The notes under the pieces were generated by a model that did no database searches, was not told where the DNA came from, and was given only the letters and a program-made list of their open reading frames with translations. Position numbers and translations under genes: made by a program. Below are positions 25,242 to 34,466 of a stretch of 64,000 bases of DNA, piece after piece. Location: contig CBDDIJ010000003.1 in the NCBI GenBank assembly GCA_965228855.1, positions 1,792,001 through 1,856,000 on the forward strand. Direction: 5' to 3'. Source of the DNA: Candidatus Obscuribacterales bacterium (GTDB lineage: Bacteria; Cyanobacteriota; Vampirovibrionia; Obscuribacterales; Obscuribacteraceae). The stretch's first letter is position 1; each line of letters starts with the position of its first letter.

Positions 25242-27047
25242 ATGTTCAGCGGCGCTCCTCCAGTTCATCTCATGTGGTCGAATATGTTCGACCCGAAGAA
25301 ACAGAAAATCGAAAAACCGATCAACTGGTCGCGAATCACGAATCTCTTTCGCCCATACGCTAAAGAAATTGTTTTCGTACTTATCTGTGTTCTTTTCATT
25401 TCAGTTCTCGGACTTCTGCCGCCGCTTCTATCGATGTGGCTCATTGATAAGGCCATTCCATCCGGAAATTTCACAATGGTCATGCAACTGGTCGCCGCGA
25501 TGATTGCCACTGCGCTTGTCGGAGCTTTAGTAGGCGTCGCGCAAGGATACTTCAATGCCACCATAGGCGAAGGCATCATGAGAGACTTGCGCGTCAATCT
25601 AATGGCACACATGCATCGCATGCCACTTGAATTTTTCACAAATACTAAAACCGGGGAGATCATGAATCGCGTCTCCAACGATGTTGACAGCATAGACGGA
25701 TTGGTTTCCGGAACTCTCGTCTCCATGGTCACGAACTTCATTACGATTGCCACCACGCTCGTAACTATCCTGTGGCTCGATTGGAGATTAGCGCTGGTCT
25801 CAATACTCGTGATTCCCTTCATGGTCTTTCCCATGTGGCCCGTTGGGCGAAAGATGTATGAAATAAGGCGCACGACCAGACAGAAGCGCGACGAGATCCA
25901 TGCTATCGAACAGGAAACTCTTTCGGTTTCCGGCATCATGTTGTTGAAATCATTCGTGCGTGAAACCTACGAGCGCGATCGCTTTCACAACCTGAGTACG
26001 GATTTGATGAGGACCGAGATAAGCCTGGCGATGGTGGGTCGCTGGTTTATGGCCGCAATTGCAGCGATGGTGACAATCGGACCATCGATTATCTGGCTTG
26101 CTGGAGGCTGGCTCTGCATCAAGGAAGGAATAACGGTCGGCACTGTCGTATCTTTCGTCGCGCTGCTTACGAGATTGTATACACCTGCGGCTGCTCTTGC
26201 CGGCGTTCAAACTCAGATAGTCAGCGCTCTTGCGGTTTTCGAGCGCATATTCGACTACCTGGACATGCACGAAGAGAGCACTAAAACCAGTGGGCTCGCA
26301 CTGGAGAAAGTAAACGGCGATATTAGATTCGAGAATGTCAGTTTCTCATACACCGACCGTGCCGATGCGCTTAAGAATGTGACCATTTCGATAGAAGCTG
26401 GACAGGTAGCGGCTCTCGTCGGACCATCCGGCGCAGGCAAAACGACAATGACAATGCTGGTGCCACGCTTTTACGAACCCCAGGATGGCACCATCACGCT
26501 GGATGGTCGCGACATCACATCCATCGGTTTATCAGAGCTTAGAAAGCACATCGGGATCGTCACACAGGAAACATATCTGTTTCACGACACGATTAAAAAC
26601 AACTTGCGTTATGCGAAACCAGACGCGACAGATGAGCAAATCGAGGCTGCGACCAGAGCCGCTAACATTCACGATTTTATTGCGGCATTGCCGAATGGTT
26701 ACGAAAGCATTGTTGGAGAACGCGGACATAAGCTAAGCGGTGGTGAGCGTCAACGCCTTGCGATTGCGCGCGTGCTTTTGAAAAATCCTCGCGTTTTAAT
26801 CTTCGACGAAGCCACCAGTTCTCTAGACTCAGAGAACGAGACTCTCATACAAGCCGCGCTAGTGCCGCTAATGAAAGGACGAACCAGTTTAGTGATCGCC
26901 CACAGACTGTCCACGATTCAATCAGCGGACAAAATATTCGTAGTGGAAGGCGGAGAGGTCGTAGAATCAGGAGACCACACCACGCTTCTCGCGAAGAATG
27001 GATTGTACTCGCGCCTGTATAAACAGCAGTTTCGCGAAGGTGCTTAG
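25242..27047 (+). CDS. ABC exporter, fused permease-ATPase (MsbA/multidrug type)
   Basis: 6-TM N-domain; GPSGAGKTT, LSGGERQR, LIFDEATS, IAHRLST. Confidence 0.94.
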   Translation: MFSGAPPVHLMWSNMFDPKKQKIEKPINWSRITNLFRPYAKEIVFVLICVLFISVLGLLPPLLSMWLIDKAIPSGNFTMVMQLVAAMIATALVGALVGVAQGYFNATIGEGIMRDLRVNLMAHMHRMPLEFFTNTKTGEIMNRVSNDVDSIDGLVSGTLVSMVTNFITIATTLVTILWLDWRLALVSILVIPFMVFPMWPVGRKMYEIRRTTRQKRDEIHAIEQETLSVSGIMLLKSFVRETYERDRFHNLSTDLMRTEISLAMVGRWFMAAIAAMVTIGPSIIWLAGGWLCIKEGITVGTVVSFVALLTRLYTPAAALAGVQTQIVSALAVFERIFDYLDMHEESTKTSGLALEKVNGDIRFENVSFSYTDRADALKNVTISIEAGQVAALVGPSGAGKTTMTMLVPRFYEPQDGTITLDGRDITSIGLSELRKHIGIVTQETYLFHDTIKNNLRYAKPDATDEQIEAATRAANIHDFIAALPNGYESIVGERGHKLSGGERQRLAIARVLLKNPRVLIFDEATSSLDSENETLIQAALVPLMKGRTSLVIAHRLSTIQSADKIFVVEGGEVVESGDHTTLLAKNGLYSRLYKQQFREGA

Positions 27048-27157
27048 TTTAAATCGGCAAGTGGAACGGTATCCGCTGCTTGTTTTACGGCATTTTCTTC
27101 ACCACATATACGATCGATAGCCTCGACTAGCCGCACGGGCTGCGGTAAAATCCCGAC

Positions 27158-27883
27158 ATGCATACTGACAAAATCCCACGAAAGAACTCCGACAAAGCTG
27201 AATACCAGCGTAGTGACGAGCTGCGGACGATTCCACTTCCGCCGGAGGAGCCTGCGCGAACCCAGTCGCTCGCTATCAAAGCCGCCCTGGCAGCGGACGA
27301 TAAGAAGGCCCTGCAAATCGCCTGTAAAGACTTGCTGGAAACGCTAGCCACCGCATACGGTGTCGCAGCTCCAAAGATAAAAGTTCTGGCGAGCAGACCG
27401 CAGAAGGTTACAGACAATTGGGTGTTTGAAACCTTTGGTGACTACGATCCGGAGACTACCCAAATTCGGCTCTGGATGAGGACCGCAATTCAAAAGAAGG
27501 CGACCTCATACGGCACATTTCTCTCCACTCTCTGCCACGAATTCTGCCACCACCTCGACATGGTTCAGCTCGACCTACCCGAGACGTATCATACGCGGGG
27601 CTTTTACGAACGAACTGCCGCCATCTACCACCACATCCAGAACACGCCTCACAAGCGCATAGCCTGGCGCGAACAAAAGGATGGTACTTATGCGGTAGAT
27701 TGGTCGCAAATGCGAAGAGAGGCAGCGCCGAACGGTCCGAAGTCAAATGTCGCAACATCCAACAATCCGACCGATTCGACCTCTGCTAGCTCATCATCTT
27801 CCGGTTCAAAATCCTCTTCTCAAACTCGTGTAGTGCCACCAAAAGCCTATGTGCCTGAGGTGATTCAGCAGAAGCTGTTTTAG
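27158..27883 (+). CDS. HExxH zinc metallopeptidase-like protein (SprT/WLM-like)
   Basis: TLCHEFCHHLD...YHTRGFY. Confidence 0.7.
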   Translation: MHTDKIPRKNSDKAEYQRSDELRTIPLPPEEPARTQSLAIKAALAADDKKALQIACKDLLETLATAYGVAAPKIKVLASRPQKVTDNWVFETFGDYDPETTQIRLWMRTAIQKKATSYGTFLSTLCHEFCHHLDMVQLDLPETYHTRGFYERTAAIYHHIQNTPHKRIAWREQKDGTYAVDWSQMRREAAPNGPKSNVATSNNPTDSTSASSSSSGSKSSSQTRVVPPKAYVPEVIQQKLF

Positions 27884-29241
27884 CCACGCGCCGTCGGACG
27901 GTGCTGATTTTGCGTCGTGTCGATACTAGCGACTGCAGCTCCTGACGGTTTCTCGGCCATTGCAATCAACTCAGCGGCTTCGTCCATGCTGGCATTTACT
28001 TTTCGCGCATAATCGGCCGGTTCCGCCGGTCGCTGTGATGCGGCAGCTGCCTTGCCTGGATCAGAATAGTTCTGATCGATCTTTGCTAAGTTGCCGAGCG
28101 ATACCTCCGCGTTCGTTCTTGGATCAAACGCCTGCTCCTTGGTTAGACCTGCGTCAGTAAGCATTCCACCCTTGTGCAATTGATAGAGACCAAAACTCGT
28201 GCCGTTATCACCAACAGCTCTGTTATCACCACCGCTCTCTACCAGCATCATTGCAACTGCGAGTTTAGGATCTACGCCAACTTCTTTCGCGACCTCTACA
28301 ACCGTTTTCACGTTGTTTAAAACAGTCTGCTGGTCAGCGTTCGGAGTGGAACCGCTGGACGCTCTCTCGCTGTGCTCGCCGCCGCTGCGATATCTTCCCC
28401 CTTGATCGAAGCCGGCGCCCTGTCCGTCACCGCCACCACGACCGCTACCACCAAAATTTTGCATAAACGGCATTCCGCCACCACCAGCAGTACCGCCTCC
28501 CATATTGCCACCAGGTCCCATTGGAGGAACATCAGACTTCGGCGAGGAAGGAGCCTGGCGAGAAGGCGCCGGTTGCGGCTGCCTCTCTTGAGGTTGAACC
28601 TGCGGGCGAGGATTAGCCTGGCGCATGGGAACCGGCTGCGTATCAGTGGGTACGTCCGGCTGACTGTGAAGAATGTCATTCCACCAGCCCGGATAATTGG
28701 TGCCCGGATGATTAACCTGCCATGCAGCTATCAACTCGCGATAATACTCTTTCAAACCTTTGTCGGCTTCGGCCAGCGCCTTTTGCAGGTCTTTGCCTTT
28801 CGTGTCCATCTCAATGTTCAACTCGCCGTCAGCAAGCGGGTCGCCATCGCCGACCTTCTCCAGCACGAGTTGCCCGTTATCCCCTTGGACGACTCGATAA
28901 TCGGGCTGTGTGCCACTCGCCTGATTTTCTGCGGCACTGCTCAGTTTTAATGACTGGGCGCCTTGCAATTGTTGTGATATCACCGAGTCCAACATCGGTG
29001 TCGACGTAGCCGGAGCTGAGACCTCTGCTGCCGGCGCGACCACTTCTATTCTCGGTGCAGCCTTGTATGGATTCGTCAGCGTCAGACTTTCCACGCTGGC
29101 GGGAGAAAGCTGCACGTCTGCCGAGGGACGCGGAGCTGCATAGCTCTGTGTGAGCGCCGAATCTCCAAAAAACCGGTCTGACAAATCGGGCAGCGAATCC
29201 GCTCCCCGTCCAGCTCCTAGTTCCATTCCCTTATGAGACAT
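27880..29241 (-). CDS. Protein with C-terminal lytic transglycosylase (SLT/lysozyme-like) domain
   Basis: GVDPKLAVAMMLVESGG, GDNGTSFGLYQL, AFDPRTNA, SQRPA; Pro/Gly-rich linker. Confidence 0.8.
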   Translation of the reverse strand: MSHKGMELGAGRGADSLPDLSDRFFGDSALTQSYAAPRPSADVQLSPASVESLTLTNPYKAAPRIEVVAPAAEVSAPATSTPMLDSVISQQLQGAQSLKLSSAAENQASGTQPDYRVVQGDNGQLVLEKVGDGDPLADGELNIEMDTKGKDLQKALAEADKGLKEYYRELIAAWQVNHPGTNYPGWWNDILHSQPDVPTDTQPVPMRQANPRPQVQPQERQPQPAPSRQAPSSPKSDVPPMGPGGNMGGGTAGGGGMPFMQNFGGSGRGGGDGQGAGFDQGGRYRSGGEHSERASSGSTPNADQQTVLNNVKTVVEVAKEVGVDPKLAVAMMLVESGGDNRAVGDNGTSFGLYQLHKGGMLTDAGLTKEQAFDPRTNAEVSLGNLAKIDQNYSDPGKAAAASQRPAEPADYARKVNASMDEAAELIAMAEKPSGAAVASIDTTQNQHRPTARG

Positions 29242-29605
29242 CTGCGACCTGTTGATTCCGTCAAGAAACGAGTAACCTACCTATCAGGGTCAGGCTTCTT
29301 CTCTGCAAGCAACTGCTGAATCAACAACGAGTATAGCTCTCCGAGCATTACGGAGATGTGATTATCGACTGAGTTTGACTCACCGCAATGCGGTCAATTT
29401 GATCACCGGGAGCGAGCCGATGTCGAGCAGCGTCTTGCTTTCTCACTAATTGGGAATGCGAGCGATTCCAGAACGAATAAATTGTCAATCAGTGAGCGCG
29501 AGATTTGAGTCTATTCCAAAATTTCGATTTTTGGACAATTAATTTTGATATTCCGTGGGGTAATCACGAATGGTTTATGATGTTGGCGACTTCGACAAAA
29601 CATTC

Positions 29606-31264
29606 ATGAAAGAAATTACTCGACGCCGTTTCATCAAAAGCTCCGTCATCGGAGCCACCATGTTTGCCGCTGGAAAGCTTGACCTTGCTGCGATTGCAGA
29701 CGACGCCACCGGAGAGAAAACCGTTCCTGTCGATTCGCCGCTCGCTGATTCCTTTAAGAGCCTTCTAAGTAGCTTGAAGGTCAAGGGGCGGGTTGTCACC
29801 GCGTTAGACTCGGATTACCTGAATGCCCGCGAGGACTACAACGGTAGATTCAACTCTCATCCCAGAGCAATCGTTTATTGCGAAAACGAGCTTGATGTCA
29901 GCGAAACCATAAAATGGGCTCGCCAAAACCGACTCAGAGTTTCCATCCGCAGCGGTGGCCATAGCTACGAAGGATTTTCAGTAGTAGACGACGGCATTGT
30001 CATTGACGTAAGCAAGCTCGATAAGATTGCCATAGATTCGAAGAAGAAAACAGCGACAGTCGGCTCCGGTGTAACTCTGCTTCCTTTATATCAGGCGTTA
30101 TGGGCTAAAGGAATGGTTGTGCCTGCCGGCTCCTGCTCGTCGGTTGGAATAGGCGGCTCGACTCTAGGAGGCGGTTTCGGTCTGCTGGCAAGAAATATGG
30201 GATTGACGTGCGACAACTTGATTGGTGTAAAACTGGTCGACGCAAACGGCAAGGTGCTCGAAGCCAACGACACGGAGAATAGCGATCTCCTCTGGGCATG
30301 CAAAGGCGGTGGCGGAGGAAATTTTGGGGTCGTGACGGAATTCACGTTCAAAACACATGCGATTCAGAACGTCACCATATTCAGAGTCAAATGGAAGTAT
30401 GATGACATGGCGGCTGTCATCAAGGCGTGGCAGAAATGGGCTCCCCATGCGGACGATCGAGTTACATGCGTTTTGACGATGACATCGAAGAAGTCGAACA
30501 GAGTGTCATGCGTGGGAGTCTTCCTCGGGAGTCAATCGGAAATTCGAAAGCAGATTGCGCCCCTGATTCAGGTCCCCGCGCCCATCAGTGTAACTGTTAA
30601 TACCTCAAGCTGGATGGATGCCGTCATGCGTTTTTCCGGCTTGCCCAAGTCTAAACCGACAGAGGCTTCCGCAAACCGCTCCGATACCAGAGGCGGTGCG
30701 CCAGTAACGAGTCAGAAAACAGCGCAAAAACTTGCCCTCGCTCCTGCTGCGATTTCAGCACGCAGCACTCAACCGACGGCACCACCGGATACGGTGCACA
30801 TGCACATTCATCCACGCTTTAAAAACACATCGGATTACGTAAATAAGGAACTGACTGATGAGGGAATACACACGATCGTGAGTTTTCTGGAACATCCCCC
30901 CGTCGACAGCAGCTGCCTCCAGTTCGATAGTTACGGCGGAAGAATTACTCAAATACCCGTTACTGATACCGCCTTTTGCCATCGCGCCGATACGAAATTT
31001 TGCATGCACTATCAAATAAGTTGGCGCAATCCATCACAAGACGAGCGGAACATGCAATGGGTCAATGACTTCAAGAAAGCTATGAAACCTCACGTCTCAG
31101 GCTTCACCTACGTCAACTATTGCGACCGCGAGATTGAGGACTTTTCTCGCAGTTACTACGGAAATAACTTGGAACGTTTAATCGAGATCAAAAAGAAATA
31201 CGATCCGAGTAACTTCTTCAGTTTCGCCCAAAGTATTCCGATGGAACCTAGTCCAAAACTTTAA
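29606..31264 (+). CDS. Tat-exported FAD-linked oxidase (berberine-bridge-enzyme-like)
   Basis: TRRRFIK Tat motif; RSGGHSYEG, AGSCSSVGIGG, GGGGGNFGVVT, YVNY, KKKYDPSNFF. Confidence 0.92.
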   Translation: MKEITRRRFIKSSVIGATMFAAGKLDLAAIADDATGEKTVPVDSPLADSFKSLLSSLKVKGRVVTALDSDYLNAREDYNGRFNSHPRAIVYCENELDVSETIKWARQNRLRVSIRSGGHSYEGFSVVDDGIVIDVSKLDKIAIDSKKKTATVGSGVTLLPLYQALWAKGMVVPAGSCSSVGIGGSTLGGGFGLLARNMGLTCDNLIGVKLVDANGKVLEANDTENSDLLWACKGGGGGNFGVVTEFTFKTHAIQNVTIFRVKWKYDDMAAVIKAWQKWAPHADDRVTCVLTMTSKKSNRVSCVGVFLGSQSEIRKQIAPLIQVPAPISVTVNTSSWMDAVMRFSGLPKSKPTEASANRSDTRGGAPVTSQKTAQKLALAPAAISARSTQPTAPPDTVHMHIHPRFKNTSDYVNKELTDEGIHTIVSFLEHPPVDSSCLQFDSYGGRITQIPVTDTAFCHRADTKFCMHYQISWRNPSQDERNMQWVNDFKKAMKPHVSGFTYVNYCDREIEDFSRSYYGNNLERLIEIKKKYDPSNFFSFAQSIPMEPSPKL

Positions 31265-32537
31265 CGTGTTCGAATTCGAAGGGCAGCATGGCGCTGCACT
31301 CCTCAAACTTGCTTTCCAGATGCTCGTACGAGTCGGCACCAATGTTGACCAACCCGTAGCGAAAACTTCCGGCATCCTGAATTTGGTCGGAGAGATGCTT
31401 GCCAACTTGAGCAAGTATTTCAACTTTGGCATCAGGATATGTAGCGACAAGACGTTCTAACTCCAACGCACCTGGAACACTTTTCACAAGCCGGTCTTCG
31501 AACGTTCTTAGAACACAACTTCCAGCAACGGGAAACTCGCCGAGTCCGTGCTTGAATTCCGGTCGCTCACCCAGCGCGATTTTCAAAATGGCATCATATG
31601 GGTTGCTACCGTCCACTTTTTCGAACATGTCCCAAAACTGCGATGCCAATCTTGCATTGATCTCGATTATGTGAATCCGCTCAGTGACCGGGTTATACAT
31701 CATCTCGAAGTTGAACGCCGAGTTGTCGTATTTGATACCGCGCAGGTAGCGAACCGCGATGTCACGCATCCGAGATTGAACTGCTTCGGATAAGCATGAC
31801 GGATATTGAAAACGTTTGAACGATATCGTTCCAGGAAACATAAGTGAATCAACGATTCCCATGATCGTGACTTCACCATTGAAAACGAAACCTTCAAGTG
31901 AAACCTGCCAACCTTCGAGCAGCTCCTCAACCAGGAAGTAATCGGCATTGTATTCGAAATTTGAATACTTAGAGATCAGATCATTGAACGGCTTCAGAAA
32001 GTCGACAGGCAAGCCGTCTCTGCAAATTGCTCGGCGCAGTTCCTCTTGCGAGCGAACGGCATACGCTCCTGATGAGAGAATGGACTTTACCGGTTTCACA
32101 AACCTCGGAAACTGAATTGAATCAATCGCGCCATGGTCATCCGGATGAATAAGTTGAAACGCGGCTGTCGCCTCGGGCACAAACTGTTGCTGAGCTAAAC
32201 GGCTGTAGTACTTATGCTCACACGTCAAAATCGCAAGTGGCGACGGTCCCGGCAATCCAAGCTTTTGTGCGATGCAGGCAGACGCGACATTCATTCCGGG
32301 GAAAGCAACCGCGCAAGTGACACCATCAAGTTTGACTTTTAAATTGAGTTCAGTCGTTGATTCGATCAAATCCAGGATGTCTAGCTCATGTCCGTAAGTC
32401 GGGTTTGAGAGAAAACCACCCCTCGACCTGGGTTCTTCAATGATATTGCAACCAATCTTTTCGCCAAGAGCTGCCAGAGCCTCTCCAGCTCTTCGTGTCG
32501 GACAAAGGAGAAGGACATTTCGATTGTTCTCAGTCAT
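31248..32537 (-). CDS. ATP-grasp domain protein
   Basis: CEHKYYSR, FPRFVKPVK, FLVEELLEG, FNFEM, IIEINAR. Confidence 0.85.
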   Translation of the reverse strand: MTENNRNVLLLCPTRRAGEALAALGEKIGCNIIEEPRSRGGFLSNPTYGHELDILDLIESTTELNLKVKLDGVTCAVAFPGMNVASACIAQKLGLPGPSPLAILTCEHKYYSRLAQQQFVPEATAAFQLIHPDDHGAIDSIQFPRFVKPVKSILSSGAYAVRSQEELRRAICRDGLPVDFLKPFNDLISKYSNFEYNADYFLVEELLEGWQVSLEGFVFNGEVTIMGIVDSLMFPGTISFKRFQYPSCLSEAVQSRMRDIAVRYLRGIKYDNSAFNFEMMYNPVTERIHIIEINARLASQFWDMFEKVDGSNPYDAILKIALGERPEFKHGLGEFPVAGSCVLRTFEDRLVKSVPGALELERLVATYPDAKVEILAQVGKHLSDQIQDAGSFRYGLVNIGADSYEHLESKFEECSAMLPFEFEHVKVLD

Positions 32538-32598
32538 AATGACTCCGAGCCGGACGTTAATCGATCATAGCAGCGCAATACGGATATTGGTCACTTGT

Positions 32599-33894
32599 TT
32601 ATCTGAGATTGTGCAGAGCAGTTTCCGCAATTTCGCGAATCTTCGGGTCACGCGCATTTTGCGCGACCCAGCGAAACTCACCGGCAGCCAATGTGACTTG
32701 ATCCAAACCCAGAAAGCATAGACCGGACAGATATCTGCATCTCTCATCCGCTCGGTTCTCAGAAAGTAGGTCAAGCGCCTGCTTGTATCTGTGCGCGCGA
32801 TAATGCTCCGAGGCTCGCATATAGGGACTTATCTCCTCTGACTGACTGCCGTCATCAGAATCTACGTATGGAAGTTCTGCCACCACTCCTGGTTCTACAG
32901 CATTAGCGCCACCTGTACATTGCTCGATCGTAAACCCTTCATCCATCAGAACAGAGAGAACGCCTTTCTCGCCAACCACTCTCCGCACGTCCAGGGAGAG
33001 AAAAATCGGGCTCACGTTCTTCGCGACATTCGCGAGAACGGAAACGAGCTGTTTATTCCTGTTTATATACAGCGCCTGATATGCCTCAAAAAGGTCTGGA
33101 TGAGCCTTGACCGTCATCAGGCACGCATCAGCCATCTTGGACCTATCACCAAGCCGCCAGGCCTTCTCGAGAGCAGTCTCTTGCTGCTCATAATTTAAAA
33201 GCTCCAACAGCGACAATCGCAGACACTGGTCCTGCATGTCCGGCGTCAGGGAGTCGAAGTACTCCAGGCGAGCGAGCGCCGGATCAAGCTCCATCAGAGG
33301 CTTTCGAGTCCGTTTGGATTCAGTGATCAGCTGCCGTTCAAGATCCAGGAGGTTGAAGCCGATCTGTCGGATCAAGGACTGATCGAAACTCGTGATCAGG
33401 AAAAACGGCTTCCAGACTTCGTAAATTGCTGTGGTATCGTCGGTCACCCGAGCCAATTCGTACAGGATCTTAACTGTTTTATCCTGTATGTGACTGGAAA
33501 GTTTATCACCGGACCCATAGCATCCCATACTGTATGGATCCGACGGCAATCCCGCATGAGAATCAACCGCCATAGCTTTTGACTGTTTAAACGCGCGTGC
33601 GGCTTCTCCGGTTAACGCAAAATAGCGGTCCTTTCCGTGGTTTATCGTAGCGTAGATATAAACATTTGCCTTTCCTCTGGTCGCTTTCCACAAGACGGGT
33701 CGGCGTTCTCCCTCTGAACCAGCAGCTTTGCTTTCTGCAGCCGGATTCGCATCGTTCGCCTTGCCGTCACCAGATTTAGTTCCACTAGTAGAGCAGAGCT
33801 TCTCCTCGGCAAAAACCATCTGCGGTGTCAATACCGCAGACAGTACTAGTACCAAAAGCGATGCCTGCACAGACGACTTTAAACGCGCAATCAT
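32599..33894 (-). CDS. Secreted TraB/GumN (TIKI-like) family protein with C-terminal TPR
   Basis: Signal peptide; LWKATRG..VYIYATINH, AWRLGD, NRN, GEKGVLSVLMDEGFTIEQ. Confidence 0.75.
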   Translation of the reverse strand: MIARLKSSVQASLLVLVLSAVLTPQMVFAEEKLCSTSGTKSGDGKANDANPAAESKAAGSEGERRPVLWKATRGKANVYIYATINHGKDRYFALTGEAARAFKQSKAMAVDSHAGLPSDPYSMGCYGSGDKLSSHIQDKTVKILYELARVTDDTTAIYEVWKPFFLITSFDQSLIRQIGFNLLDLERQLITESKRTRKPLMELDPALARLEYFDSLTPDMQDQCLRLSLLELLNYEQQETALEKAWRLGDRSKMADACLMTVKAHPDLFEAYQALYINRNKQLVSVLANVAKNVSPIFLSLDVRRVVGEKGVLSVLMDEGFTIEQCTGGANAVEPGVVAELPYVDSDDGSQSEEISPYMRASEHYRAHRYKQALDLLSENRADERCRYLSGLCFLGLDQVTLAAGEFRWVAQNARDPKIREIAETALHNLR

Positions 33895-34466
33895 GGCGTT
33901 ATCTCAAAAGAGTTGAAGAACCTGGACACGTCCTTGGAGTTGACCCAAACCCCCGTTCCCATCGCGGAAACGAGATATAGTTTTTTGCCTGCAACATAGC
34001 CCCGCGCGATCGCTTGCACATCAGCCTCGACCTTAACCTTGCCGCGCATCTCCAGACCATCATATTCTTTCAACTTGATCGAAGATTCGGTATCGACTTC
34101 CGCCTTCATCCCCTCTATTGCAGCACGAACAATCGGTTTGATTTTTTCCGGTGTCAGCTCTTCATCGTCAGGACCGGTCATGCTCAAAAACATATAGATG
34201 CCGTGGGGCAAATCGGCGCCCATTGCGGTCAACTGTCCGTTCAGATCTTTCTTTTGAAACTGAACCGGCATCAAAATCTTCGCCGAATAATTCGGGAAGT
34301 ATGCGGTCTTCAGTTTATCTAAAACCTTATGAGGTTTCGAAACTGAAGCTGTCTTCTCCGGCGGTGATTTTGCGACCACATCTTTCGAATCAGCTAAAGT
34401 CGCCCCCGCAAAAACAGAGGCAAGCACGATGGCGATTGAGACCAGTCCAACCGCGCGACCCAGCAT
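33891..34466 (-). CDS. Secreted hypothetical protein
   Basis: Signal peptide; overlaps both neighbours (translational coupling). Confidence 0.75.
   Translation of the reverse strand: MLGRAVGLVSIAIVLASVFAGATLADSKDVVAKSPPEKTASVSKPHKVLDKLKTAYFPNYSAKILMPVQFQKKDLNGQLTAMGADLPHGIYMFLSMTGPDDEELTPEKIKPIVRAAIEGMKAEVDTESSIKLKEYDGLEMRGKVKVEADVQAIARGYVAGKKLYLVSAMGTGVWVNSKDVSRFFNSFEITP

Noticed and set aside
29330..29545. Several short hairpins between the transglycosylase and oxidase genes
   Set aside because: Stems are only 5-7 bp, with no terminator or recognisable riboswitch core.
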